Shown: piece by piece, positions 1-11,750 of the stretch
Layout of the letters: every line of letters starts with the position of its first letter
Numbering within the stretch: position 1 is the stretch's first letter
Assembly: GCA_035084275.1 (NCBI GenBank)
Contig: CM068764.1
Span: 5,642,001-5,706,000 of the forward strand
DNA length: 64,000 nt
DNA from: Hydrolagus colliei
Lineage: Eukaryota
Reading direction: 5' to 3'
Made by a program: the position numbers and the translations under genes
Notes under the pieces: generated by a model
The model's input: only the letters and a program-made list of their open reading frames with translations
The model's database searches: none
What the model was told of the DNA's origin: nothing

Positions 1-526
1 ACAACATCACAAGACTGTTTTAGATGGAGAAGTCCCTACATCCTTTGAAATACAATAGTAAAATTGGTCATTTCAATCCACGATTGTTTGTGGGGACGCT
101 GCTGTGCGTAATTGGCTGCCACGTTTCGCCCACAAATATAAAAGTCAATTCACTTTACAATATATTCTGTGAAGTGCCTTGAGACGTCTAGAAGATATGA
201 AAAGCGCTATATCAAATGCAAGGATTATTATTATGTAGTATTATTATAAAATCTTCAATAAAATCCCTGTAATACCCGACCAATCTAAAAGATTTTACGA
301 TCATCAGGATTATGCCCATCTTTACCAATTTGGATTCCTGAATACAGTACATTGTCTTCAGCAATTTGTGCTTGTTTTAGGATTTACTTTTAATCCTGCT
401 CTGTGGAGTAATTGTAACAGCTCTGTCAACAATTGTTCGTGTGTTCTCCATATCGGGAGTGTTTAATATAGCAAATCAATGACATATTGAAAGATAGCAG
501 TAGCTTACTTAAAATCTGCTATAACC

Positions 527-850
527 CAGAGGCGTTTTTAATATTGGTGCAATCGGTGTAACGCATCGATGGGCCCCTCGTATTGCGGGCCCCCAAAGTA
601 ATGAATGCAAAAAATCATCGAAATGGGAGGATTTGAGTGTGCTGTGCTTGTCTTTTGTTAAATGTCGCGAAAACCAGAGTTCTCCCCAGCCTGGCAGAGC
701 AGGCTGTCCACCTAAAGAGGCATCGCGCGCCGGAAGTCAATTTTTGCATAAAATAAAATTGCGCGCATGCGCACTTATTAAACTTACCGTCAGAGATGGG
801 CCGCGTAAGAAAATTGCAGCGAGGAGTTTGAAGTCGTAAAAACGCTTCTG
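527..850. mobile_element. Non-autonomous hAT DNA transposon (MITE)
   Basis: TIRs CAGAGGCGTTTTTA / TAAAAACGCTTCTG (13/14 match); perfect 8-bp TSD CTATAACC at 519-526 and 851-858. Confidence 0.9.
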
Positions 851-1140
851 CTATAACCTGGGCCATTCTTTGATGAAATATCAAGGGAGAATTGTGAAAT
901 CACTGGGGCAAACATGCCCATGTGTATTGTTGGTTGCGAAAAGTAAAAGCAAATTTGTACTGACAATCAAGGTGTAAAGTAACAGACCAGAACAGACTAT
1001 TTGATATGTCAAGTACGGAAAATAATGACTGAGATGTGGTTCTTATGAGTGTATCTGGTGCAGATTTCACTGTTAGAGAACAGGATTGTGTAAACTGATT
1101 TAATCTCCTATAATCTGTGGTCAAACGCCTTGAACCATCA

Positions 1141-1761
1141 ACCACGAACATTGCCTGACTCCAGCACTACTTCACCCCTCAGGCTGCTGAAACTCTCATT
1201 CTCACCTTCATAATGTCCAGGCTCGGTTATGCCAACACCCTGCTTATCGGTCTTCCCAACTCCTCCCTCCATAGACTGCGGATCATCCAGAACTCTACAG
1301 CCAGTGTCCTCTCCCGCACCAAGCTCCGTGACCCCATCTTCCCCAGCCTTGCTCGACTCCATTGGCTCCCCACCACCCAAATGATTCAATTCAAGATCAT
1401 GGTCCTCACTTTTAAAGCCCTCCATGGCCTTGCCCCACTTTACCTCTGAAACCTCCTAACTCCCTACCAACCTGCCCCCTCCCTCTGATCAGTGTTCCAC
1501 TATGGGCGGGCGAGCCTTCGGCTACTCTGCCCCAACCTCTGGAATTCCATCCAGCAGTCCCTCTGCCTTGACCCTTCCTAGCCTCCTTCAAGATCCTCCT
1601 CTTCGATGGTCCCATCAGTCACCGCCCTCCCCTCCCCACCTTTCCCTCCACCCTCCCCGATCCCGACAGCAGCTCGGGTCTGAAACACTGATTGTCGAGG
1701 CACCTTGGGACGTCCTCCCAACATGAAAGGCGCAATATAAACATAATTTTGTTGTTGTTGT
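1141..1761 (+). mobile_element. L2-clade LINE 3' fragment
   Basis: SRLGYANTLL..LRIIQNSTASVL..LHWLP..FKIMVLTFKALHGLAP; 3' end GTCCTCCCAACATGAAAGGCGCAATATAAA + (TTG)n. Confidence 0.88.
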
Positions 1762-1958
1762 GGTCTAACTGGCCAAATAGGGGAATTGTTAGAAGTCACA
1801 ATTATTCTTAAAATTCCCTGTTACAGTAATGAATTAATACTGGTTTGCACAAGTAGATCAGTTTTCCAAGGAGAGCAATATTGCTTATGAGGATTTGGAG
1901 GATTTTCACCGCTGATGTTAACTTGCCCTTCTAACTCACCACAATCGTGCTTGTGATG

Positions 1959-2242
1959 GTGGAGCTCAGTGATTATAGCCTTACAGAGATCCGGTTCGAT
2001 CCCAGGCTATGGCGAAACCTTGGGCATGTTTCCTTAATCCACACGCTTGATAATAATTGGTCAAAACATTTTGGGGGGAATTTTTCACGACTGTTTGTGG
2101 GACACTGCTGTGCGTAATTGGCTGCCGCGTTTCGTCCCCAAATATATAGTCAATTCACTTTACAGTATGTATATTCTGTGAAGCACTTTGAAATGTCTAG
2201 AAGACATGAAACGTGCTCTATTAAATGAAAGGATTATTATTA
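1959..2242 (+). mobile_element. tRNA-derived SINE (major family)
   Basis: tRNA-like head, core GTGGGACACTGCTGTGCG.AATTGGCTGCC, tail GGATTATTATT. Confidence 0.85.
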
Positions 2243-2508
2243 GTGAAAACAGCATGATTAGTGGTCAGTAGATTAGCAATATTAGCATTCTAATGCGTTA
2301 ACAATTTACATACAATTTCTTTAACTCATATCCCTCAATTTGTTTTATTATGTAAACAGCTCCATGATCTGTTATGGTGTTCCAAATGTGCGTGACTAGG
2401 ACCCAATTGCTCATTATCTCAGAGTGAAAATCTTCGCAGGAAAATATGGAATGTAATCAGAAGCTGGTCTCAGTCAGACCTGCAAAGCTACTTTTAACCC
2501 CAAATTAT

Positions 2509-2628
2509 TGCAGATCCTGGAAATCTAAAACAAAAACAGAAATCGCTGGGAACACTCAGCAGGTCAGGCAGCATCCATGGAGAAAGGAAAATGAGTCAAC
2601 GTTTCAGGTCCGCGACCCTTCATTAAAA
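2509..2628. mobile_element. Penelope-like element terminal fragment (abundant chondrichthyan repeat)
   Basis: TGCAGATCCTGGAAATCT...CACTCAGCAGGTCAGGCAGCATC...AACGTTTCAGGTC resembles shark PLE ends; recognised from memory. Confidence 0.5.
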
Positions 2629-3250
2629 TTTTCTCAGAAATACTTTTAATCCCTGCTAAGATGGTCCTTATTAAATGATTATGATAGGTTGCATTCTAAA
2701 TGTATATATAAATTAATTAAAAGCCGCTTAAACTTTCAGATAATGTCTATTACATTCATTACAGAATCCTTACAGCGTGAGAGTGGACAATACAGAGAGG
2801 ATTAAACAGATAGGCTTTTTATTGTCGTTGATTTTATTTTAAAAAGATCAATGGGAAGTTAGGTGGCTATTAATAATAGCAATGGTAATCCATGCATTTG
2901 GTATAGCACTGAAATGTTTCAAGTGCTTCACAGGATTTACTGTGAAATGGAGTGACGGCATTTGTAGGCACCAAGTTCCGTGACCATATCACTCCCACCC
3001 TCGCCCGACTCCGTTGGATCTCCATTTCCCAGAGGATTGAATTCAAGATCCTCGTCCTCACTTTCATGGCCTTGCCTCTTCCTTTCTCTCCGACCTGCTG
3101 CTCCCTGTAGAGTAGCACCGTTGGGATCTTTAACAGGCAGATGGGACTTCCGTTTAGTGTCTCAAATATAGGTTGGAACAGGGATCAGGGATTTCTGGAA
3201 GGCTGAGATTGGGCCTTTCATCATCTCCCAGAATAAGGACTTTGTATATT

Positions 3251-3567
3251 TAATAATAATAATAATCATAATCCTTGCATTTGATATAGCACTTTTCACA
3301 TCTTATCAATGTCTCTCAAAGCGCTTCACAGAATATACGTAAAGTGAACTTGACTGTGGGTGAAACGCGATAGCCAATTGCGCACAGCAGTGTCCCAGTC
3401 GCGGATTGAAAGAACCAATTGTTTTATTATTGTTTTTTGGGGGGACGGATTATTATTAGGTGAGTGGAGTAAGGAAACTTGCCCAAGGTTTTCCCCTGAT
3501 CTGCCTGGATTTGAACTCAGTTCTCACGCTTGTAAGGCGAGCGCTCTAACCACCGAGCTACAGGAGC
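3251..3567 (-). mobile_element. tRNA-derived SINE
   Basis: Reverse complement of the family consensus, with head and (AAT)n tail. Confidence 0.85.
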
Positions 3568-3679
3568 GATCATAAATTCATAGACAAAATGCACTTACGA
3601 GCTAAGCCTAGGTGAAATACCAGGTCTTAAATTGTAAAATGTGTTACAGAGAGCCATTTCTTTGTAGCGCTTCAGAAGA

Positions 3680-4021
3680 CTACAAGACTCAACGCAGTGG
3701 TTGGCGCGCTCGCCTCATAAGCGAGAGGAAGGACCTGGGTTTTGAATCCCGGGAAAGGCACATTTCCTAACTGCACATACCTCTGTTTACCAACGAGTAA
3801 GTAGGAACCTGGGTATTAGCCGATCACCGGATCTCTTTCTGGGGGTAATAATCTTTCCACAAAAAAAAAGTGGTCATTCAATCCACGACTGCTAAACAGT
3901 GTGCGGAATTGGCTGGTGTGTTTCGCCCATTAAACGCACAGTATAACCACTTTACAATATATCCTGTGAAGCGTTTTGAGACATCTTAAAGACATGACAA
4001 GGTGCTATATCAAATGCAAGG

Positions 4022-4051
<30 letters not shown>
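3680..4051 (+). mobile_element. tRNA-derived SINE (older subfamily) with (ATT)n tail
   Basis: tRNA-like head, family core and tail. Confidence 0.75.
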
Positions 4052-4053
<2 letters not shown>

Positions 4054-4407
4054 AGCTTTTCAAGTTGGAGTGGGGAGAGAGGTGAGGTTTCCTTGAGGGA
4101 TGAGCTGAGATGCTACCCAGGGGCAGGACTCTATATAAGTGCAAGTTGTTATTGTTGTTGCCAAAGTCCTAACAGGTGGTGGGAGCTGGACAAGAGCGGG
4201 GAAACTACACGTCGCTTTGCCAGCAAAATACTATATATTTTTACAGTATATCCTGTGAAACACTTTGAGCCATCTCAATGATGTGATGAGGCACTATACC
4301 AATGTAAGGATTATTATTATTATTAACTCAGAGTTTGAAAAGGAAAGGTCTAGCAGTATCCCAATATTCACTGCCAAGTTTTGGCTCTTGTTAATCCACG
4401 TCTAATA

Positions 4408-4722
4408 CAATAATAATCCTTGCATTTTTGGTATAGCGCTTTTCACGTCTTTTAGATGTCTCCAAGCGCTTCACAGAATATACTGTAAAGTGAATTGACT
4501 GTATATTTGTGGGCGAAATGCGACAGCCAATTGTGCACAGCAGTGTCTCACAAACAGTTGTGGATTGAGTAAGCAATTTATTATTGTTTTTTTTGGGGGA
4601 TTATTATTAGGCATGAGTATGAAAAGCAAGAAAACTTTGCCAAGGTTTCACCCTGCCGGGAATTGAACCCAGGTCTCTTGCTTGTGAGGCGAGTGCTCTA
4701 AGCACTGAGATACATGACTCCA
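4408..4722 (-). mobile_element. tRNA-derived SINE
   Basis: Family consensus, reverse strand. Confidence 0.85.
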
Positions 4723-6099
4723 CAAATATTGTTCAGGATTAGGTGAGCGGGATGCTTCCCGGCAGTGAGAGAATTCTCTCTGCATTTCAGACAACGGACA
4801 TTTCGGCACATACGTGGAACTCCCAGTAACTTTTGTTTCTCTTAAGCATGGCACGACAGACACCTTAGCTGATTGGCAAAAGGAATGTTGAAAGGTTAAC
4901 CAAACTCTCTGTAGAAACGGTGTTATGTGAATCGCACGAGAGTCACTAAAACTGTTTGATCAAAAGAAGATAACAATGTTTTGGATTTCAATGCCAGCAG
5001 TGCCCTGTAAGTTTATCAGTGGATAGGTTATTGATAGGGTGGAATATTTGTAATGTCTTAACAATGTGCTGAGTCAGGGTTGATTTAACAAAAAGTCTAA
5101 AGGAACCAACTTTAGTGAGGGTGGCTCCCTGAAAACCAAGCCTTTCAGATCACCTGATGCTGACGTCATGCTTCCATAGCTTATATGGTGAGATTCACTG
5201 CTATGTCGTACTTGAGTGATTTCCAAGATGGCCCTACCATACATTGACGTTGCCACGACACAGGTATGCAATTGGAAGTGTTTTGCGACCGTTCGTGCAA
5301 GCTTCAAAATTGTAAATCTGCAATGCTTAACACTTTTACTTTTGTGCTACTCTTGGTTTTAATTTTAATCGTCTATCAATGCAAAATCCTGGCACTTTGA
5401 AACTTGCTAAGGTGAATCGTTGCAGTGTTATTTTCTTATTGACGAAGGCACTTCAAGGTGCATGCGTTTGTTTGTTGGTCGTCTCTCTCTCTGTGCTTTA
5501 TTGAATAGAAGCAAAAGTTAACCACCAGTTGAATAGAAAGATTGCTGCTTGGTGCAGGTTCAAAGGCTGGGCATGCCGATTGAGGCGCTGGCTTTGAATA
5601 GATTTTCTCCAGCACGTTTTTTCGCTAAAAAAAAAAAAAAAAAATTCTAAATCTTAGCGTTAACTGAACGTGAAGTAGAGAGCACCCCGCGATAAAGATC
5701 AATGTCTCAAATGGCGATCCGATTTCCAGGGTTTATTATCTGCCGTGTTCATCGGGTTCAGCGCTTATCACCCTTGAGAATCTGTAAGCTACGCTGTTTG
5801 CCGACCTTGGTCATCAGCTGTGTGTTGTCCTCTGTAGTCTTTAGCCTAGTGGTTTATGCTGCCTCCCCCCTGCTCTACCTCTGCTTGCACACCTCGAACA
5901 TGCCACCTCTCCGTCCTGTATACTCTAATTCTGTTGTGGTTTTAATCGGTCTAGTAGCCGCCTTGTTCCCCTTGTTGCATTTTAAACCTCATTCTTTGGA
6001 TGTAATCTCGCTGTTTTGTGATGTCTGATCGATTCCTACGTCCTCATCTCTAACGTGGCTACTCTCTAACTTGCTGTCTTCACCGTACGATACGATAAC

Positions 6100-7362
6100 G
6101 TGGATTACTGTTGCTTAATGGTTAGAACACCCGCTTTGCAAGTGAGAAGACCTGGTTTGATTCCCGGGCTGGGCGAAACATTGGGCATGTTTGGTTACTA
6201 CACATGGCTGTGTACACCTAGCAGTAAGTTATTAGTTGATTGGCAGATCGCTTTTCCGAAAGTAATAATCCCTTCGCCCACAAAATTGTTGTTTTTGAAA
6301 ATTAAAAAATAATATTTTGGTCACTCAGCCCACCATTTTGGGGGGGACACTGCTGTGAACAATTGGTTGCTGTGTTTCAGCCAACAAAACATACAGTCAA
6401 TTTACTTTACAGTATATTCTGTGAAGCGCTTTGAGACATCTAGAAGTGACGAGGTTATATCAAATGCAATCTTTTGTTTGCTGATATTTCTCTTCCAAAT
6501 GGGTATAAGGCGTGCCTCTTTTTTTCTGAACACACTCAGTACATGGAGCTCCTGTAGCTCAGTGGTTAGAGCACTCGCCTTACAAGCATGCGACCTGTGT
6601 TCAAATCCAGATAGATCAGGGTGAAACCTTGAATAAGTTTCCTTAATCTACATAGTTAATAATAATCTGCCCCACCCAAAATTCCAATAATAAAATTGTT
6701 CATTTCAGTCCACGACTGTTTGTGGGACACTGCTGTGTGCAATTGGCTGCCGAATTTCTGCCACAAACGTACAGTTAATTCACTTTACAATATACTCTGT
6801 GAAGCGCTTTGAGACGTCGATAAGATATGAAAAGCGCTATATCAAATGCGAGGATTATTATTATTATTACACTAACCGCTTGTGAGGACTCTTTGTGCCA
6901 TTATGCTTTCAGAATCACCTTCCACAACAATCCAAGCATCTTAAATGTTAGATTAATAATAGATATTCTAGATATAATAGAAAATTCGATACAATTTTGG
7001 AATCTAGCGTACTGGTTAGCACGCTTCCCTTGAAAGCGAGAGGACCCGGGTTCGATTCCTGGGTGGGGCTCTATCTTAGGCAAATTTCCTTACTCCACAT
7101 GCAGTAAGTAGGAACCCAGTTGTTAGTGTCACTTTCCGGGGGTCGTATTAAAAAAAAGTCCATATCTGTCCATATGGGTTTATTATCTGCCGTGGTGAAA
7201 ATATCTATGGGTTGCGATGTTGCACAATTGGCTGCCGTGTTTCAGCCACAAAATGCACAGTCAATCAACTGTGAAGCTTCTGTGAAGTTCTTTGAGACTC
7301 CTCTTTGAGAAGGGGTGTTAAGGCACCATACCAAATGCTAGGATTATTATTTATTACTTATT
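6100..7362 (+). mobile_element. Three same-orientation SINE copies (~6100-6470, 6543-6868, 6998-7362)
   Basis: Each has an A/B-box head (TAGCTCAGTGG; GTTCGA/GTTCAA.TCC), core and tail. Confidence 0.85.
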
Positions 7363-7767
7363 ATTGTGACACGGTTTGCTTACAAACATAACCCTCGAAT
7401 GAAAGTACTGACATTAAATAACATCCTGTGAATTGCCCACTGACCAAAATCCTCCTCGCCTTCCCCCAGCCATCCCCTGAGAATTCTGTAACCCCCAAAC
7501 TGGAAATCCCCGTCTATACAATTGGCTCGAGTCTCTAAGAAATCAAATGTAATAATTCAGGTTCTGTACTATAGAGCTGCTTAAAGCTGCTTAAATTTTG
7601 GTCTGATGCTTAAAGGCTGTAGATAGTGGGTTACCATAACCAACGGCTGCACTCACAGTAACCACATGGTGCTGAACAGCAGCAGCTATCCTCGCAGCTG
7701 GTGTAGCGTGTTATCATTTTGACATGTTGTCAAGTCAGTGGGTCTTTCCAAAGCGCTGTGCAGGATT

Positions 7768-9407
7768 TTACTGCAGGATATGACCAGAGAGGAAGTTCTA
7801 AAAAGGTTGACGTCGCTCAAGGTGGATAAGTCACCTGGTCCGGATGGGATGCACCCTAGGTTACTAAGTGAGGCACGGGAGCAAATAGCAGGGACTCTGG
7901 CCACGATCGTTCAATCTTCCTTGGACACAGGGGTCGTGCCAGAGGACTGGAGGATAGCTAATGTTACTCCCTTGTATAAACAGGGGCAGAAGGACAATCC
8001 TGGTAACTACAGACCAGTCAGTCTAACGTCGGTAGTGGGCAAACTTCTAGAGTCCATAATCAGGGACAATATAGATCTTCACTTAGAAAGATATAGGCTA
8101 ATAAAGGACAGTCAACATGGATTTGTTAAAGGCAAATCTTGCCTTACAAATTTGATAGAATTTTTTGATGAGGTAACGGAATGGGTGGATAATAGTAGCG
8201 CAGTTGATGTAGTTTACATGGACTTTCAAAAGGCATTTGACAAAGTGCCACATGAGAGACTTATTAGGAAATTAAAGGCCCATGGCGTAAAAGGGACAGT
8301 GGCAGCGTGGATCCACAACTGGCTGCGAGACAGAAAGCAGAGAGTTGTAGTGAGCGGCTGTTTTTCAGACTGGAGGGAAGTGAGCAGTGGTGTGCCACAG
8401 GGATCGGTTTTGGGACCATTGCTCTTTGTAATCTACATCAATGATCTGGACTTGGGTGTAGGGAGTACAGTTTCCAAGTTTGCAGATGACACTAAGTTAG
8501 AGAGAATAGTAAATAGTGAGGAGGATAGTAGCCATCTGCAAAGAGGATATAGACAAATTGGTAAAGTGGGCAGACACATGGCAGATTAAATTTAATGCAG
8601 AGAAGTGTGAGGTGATGCATTTTGGGAGAAGAAATGAAGGGAGGCAAAATAGGCTAGATAGTACAATTTTAAATGGTGTGAAGGAACAGAGAGACCTGGG
8701 GATTTGTGTTAGTGACTCGTTGAAGGTGGCAGGACAGGTAGACAAGGCTGTTAAGAAGGCATTTGGGATACTAGGCTTTATAAATAGGGGTTTAGAATAC
8801 AAAAGTCAGGAAGTGCTGACTAACCTCTATAGGACTTTGGTGAGGCCTCAGCTGGAATACTGTGTTCAATTCTGGTCACCACACTACAGAAAGGATGTGA
8901 AGACATTGGAAAGGGTACAAAGAAGATTTACTAGGATGGTGCCAGGATTGAGGGACTTCAGCTATGAGGAGAGGCTAGATAGGCTAGGGTTATTCTCTCT
9001 GGAGCAGAGAAGATTGAGGGGAGACCTAATAGAGGTTTATAAGATCATGAGGGGTTTCGACAGGGCAAATAGAGAAAAACTATTTCCACTCGTGGGCGAA
9101 TCTGTGACTCGTGGTCACAGATTTAAAATAGTTTCAAGGCGAAGTAGAGGGGAGCTGAGGAGAAATTTTTTCACTCAGCGAGTTGTTCGAATCTGGAATA
9201 CATTGCCTGAAAAGGTGGTGGAGGCTGATTCGATAACAACTTTTAAAAGGGAATTAGATCTTTATTTAGGGAGAACAGGTCTATTAGGTTATGGGGATCG
9301 GGCAGGGCAGTGGGATTGAATCGCTCTTTTCAAAGAGCCGGCACAGACTAGATGGGCCGAATGGCCTCCTTTTGTGCCGTAAAATTCTATGAATCTATGA
9401 ATCTATG
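7768..9407 (+). mobile_element. CR1 (HER1-like) LINE, 5'-truncated, young; RT domain with one frameshift
   Basis: KSPGPDG, NYRPVSLTS, YMDFQKAFDKV, GVPQGSVLGPLLF, KFADD; frameshift near 8540; 3' UTR with (GAATCTAT)n tail. Confidence 0.95.
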
Positions 9408-10284
9408 TAGTGACTATGCATTTGCGGGCGAGCAGGGCGAGGAGGAGGAGAAGGAGGGGGCAAATGGTGGGAACTTCAATCCTCAATCATTTGTGAGATA
9501 TAAGCAGCTTTTGTAGCCCAGAACCCAGCCACTACACTCTGCTCATTTAACGTGATGAGGTTTTGGGTGCCTATTGTAGAGGAACAATAGATCAGACAGT
9601 CTGCAGTACCTACCTGATCGAAAGCCTCTTGTGATTGTGTGAAATGGCTTTACCTACTTGGGGAATTCCGAAAATGATGGACTGAAGAGGCTTCAAAACC
9701 AATGCCTGTGACTGTGGAAAGTGCAAAAGTTCGCTCAACACTTCTAAGAATCTTGAGTTTTATTCCCAGTGGCAACAAACACCACAAAACACAATTCACT
9801 CACAAGCCATGGATTTCTCCCCTTAATCACTGCTCTGTTGAAATGGATTCAGAGGCAGTCTGTTCTGTTTCTAGTGGATTACCAATTCCGTGATCAGTTT
9901 AAAATGCATTCCCTGGAATGTCTGGGTGCTGAAGTCTTCACAGTTTTTGCATTAACTGGATGCGCTTCGAGACAATGCTTCTGTGTCAGTATTGATTACA
10001 TTTGTGCTTTTCTTCATCACTTCCCTGCACGTTTGTGCCCCCATTGACACGTGGAAATAGTTCGTAGTGCCTGGGATGGTGTACACACTCTCTTTCTGGT
10101 GGGACCTACCCATTTACCTAATTCCGGGGAGTATTAGGCGCAGGTTTTGGCACTGTACAGCGGGGTGACTGTGTATTTTGTGAGCAGAACGCGGCAGTCG
10201 GTTTGCGTAAAGCAATGTCCCACGAACACGTGTGCAATGAGCGACCAATTTTATTGCTGGAATACTTGTTAGTAGTCAAGGGAG

Positions 10285-10535
10285 CAACTCCCTTCTCTTC
10301 TCAAATATATTGCTGTGGGATCTTTAAGGTCCACCTAAGCAGACAGAACGGGACCTCGGTTTAACAATTCAAAGGACGGCACCTCCAACAATGTAGCTCG
10401 CCCCCCATCCCCATCCCCCCCCCAGCACTCCTGTGGAACATCACAGACAATGTGATTTCAAGGTTCTGATGTGGGAGCTTGAACCCACAACCGTTTGACT
10501 CAGAGGTGAGAGTGCTGGCTGGCTGGCTGGCTGAA
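10285..10535 (-). mobile_element. SacSINE1/DeuSINE-like element
   Basis: Reverse complement of the Deu core (GAGGTGCCGTCCTTT..TTAAACCGAGG..AGGTGGA..TAAAGATCCCA) plus a tRNA-like head. Confidence 0.65.
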
Positions 10536-11489
10536 TCCGCCAGGCTGACACACACATAGATAGGTGTGCCTGACTGTGACAAAATCTTTGTGTCTCAACA
10601 GAAGCCCCTGCAACCCGTAGACGATCCCTACGGTTGGAATGCGGTCATTGTCTTTGGGAAGTTCTCAATACCATTAGCCAACATGTATCCTAAAAGCCCA
10701 ACTCCAGAGTAAGTATCGGGCCTTTCACTCGTGTTAGAGGCTTGGGTTACGTAATTTGCTGCCTGGCTGTTCGTACAACCTAAACATTCACTTTTTAAAA
10801 ATTCTAGTGAGACGACGACGACCACGACCACGACCACGAAACCTGCACCTGAAACTGGGGAATAGAATATTCCGGATCTGCAGTGATAGGTAGGTCAGAC
10901 AGGCCGACTTTGTACCCAACCATTTGCGTAGACACACTGGAGATGGTGCATTGCTCTCACACGGATCGACCACAACATTTGTATAGCATTTGTATCGCCA
11001 GTTAATGTGGAAGTATTTAGGGCGGAAAGATAGTTTTAATATCCCAAGCATAAAGCTAGCGCAGTGACTTTGTTGCGCGCTAGGCTATGGAAAGCCAGCT
11101 TCCTTGCTCTGAGATCTGGGACTTGCTTTGCGAGCTGATGTAGACTCGATGGTCAAATGGCCTCCTTCTGCGCTATAAATTTCTCTATGTCCATGTGGTC
11201 CCACTCCCATGCTATCTCCCAGTGTTATTGCCAACACGTCTTTCAGCGTGACAGCTGGTGTATAATGAAAGATTCACTGAAACTATGTGTAATTCTTTCC
11301 TCCCCCACCCCTTGTGTCTTCACCTCCCACCCGACCTCCCCCCACCTACTCACCCACCCGCCCTCAACCACCAAGCAACCACAACATGAGCTCTAGAATA
11401 TCTCTTTCCAGTTTACTTCCTGCCCCGCCTTGAAACGCTGACAATTTCAGGACAGACACCAGGAAGTATTTCTTTGCCAGAAGTGTAAT

Positions 11490-11750
11490 TAATAATAATA
11501 ATAATCCTTGCATTTGATATAGAACCCAATGACATTTTCAAGACATCCCAAAGTACTTCACACACAGTATACTGCCAAAGTGAATTGGCTATATCTTTTT
11601 GGGGGGCAAACTGTGGCAGCCAATTGCACACAGGAATGTCTCACAAACAGTAGTGGATCGAATGCCCCACATTTCCCCCTGCCTGGAATCGAACCCAAGT
11701 CCTCTCTTTGGCAAGGCAAGTGCTCTCACCAATATACCACAGGACTCCAC
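11490..11750 (-). mobile_element. tRNA-derived SINE
   Basis: Family consensus, reverse strand. Confidence 0.8.

Larger units (their letters stand above)
245..2500 (-). mobile_element. Degraded endogenous retrovirus pol (RT) remnant, spuma/lokiretrovirus-like, split by three later insertions
   Basis: Minus-strand peptides HKHDCGEL..KQY..QGILR..NNSPIWPVR (1762-1958); DGSRRLTTDYRRLN..LDISNSLFW..FAFTFRNQQYTWACLPQ*FHNSP (851-1140); QYVIDLL (469-489); LHRAGLKVNPK; LVGYYRDFIED (~250-290). Confidence 0.85.

Noticed and set aside
700-800. ETS + NRF1 motifs suggesting a host gene promoter
   Set aside because: They lie inside a hAT MITE bounded by TIRs and an 8-bp TSD, which itself sits inside the retroviral RT.
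5674-5783. Peptide ..CSSGSALITLE resembling the IFI35/NMI GSALITF motif
   Set aside because: The match is short, the frame is closed by an upstream stop with no suitable acceptor, and no further matching exons were found.
6543-6625. tRNA-like sequences (Val-TAC/Ala-TGC-like heads; also ~22822, 35360, 58171, 62603)
   Set aside because: Each runs directly into the SINE core and tail, lacks a proper acceptor stem and varies between copies. They are SINE heads, not tRNA genes.
10788-10850. Arg-rich minus-strand peptide CRFRGRGRGRRRLTRIFKK resembling an antimicrobial peptide exon
   Set aside because: It is generated by a (GTGGTC)n/(GTC)n microsatellite. No signal-peptide or cathelin exons were found.
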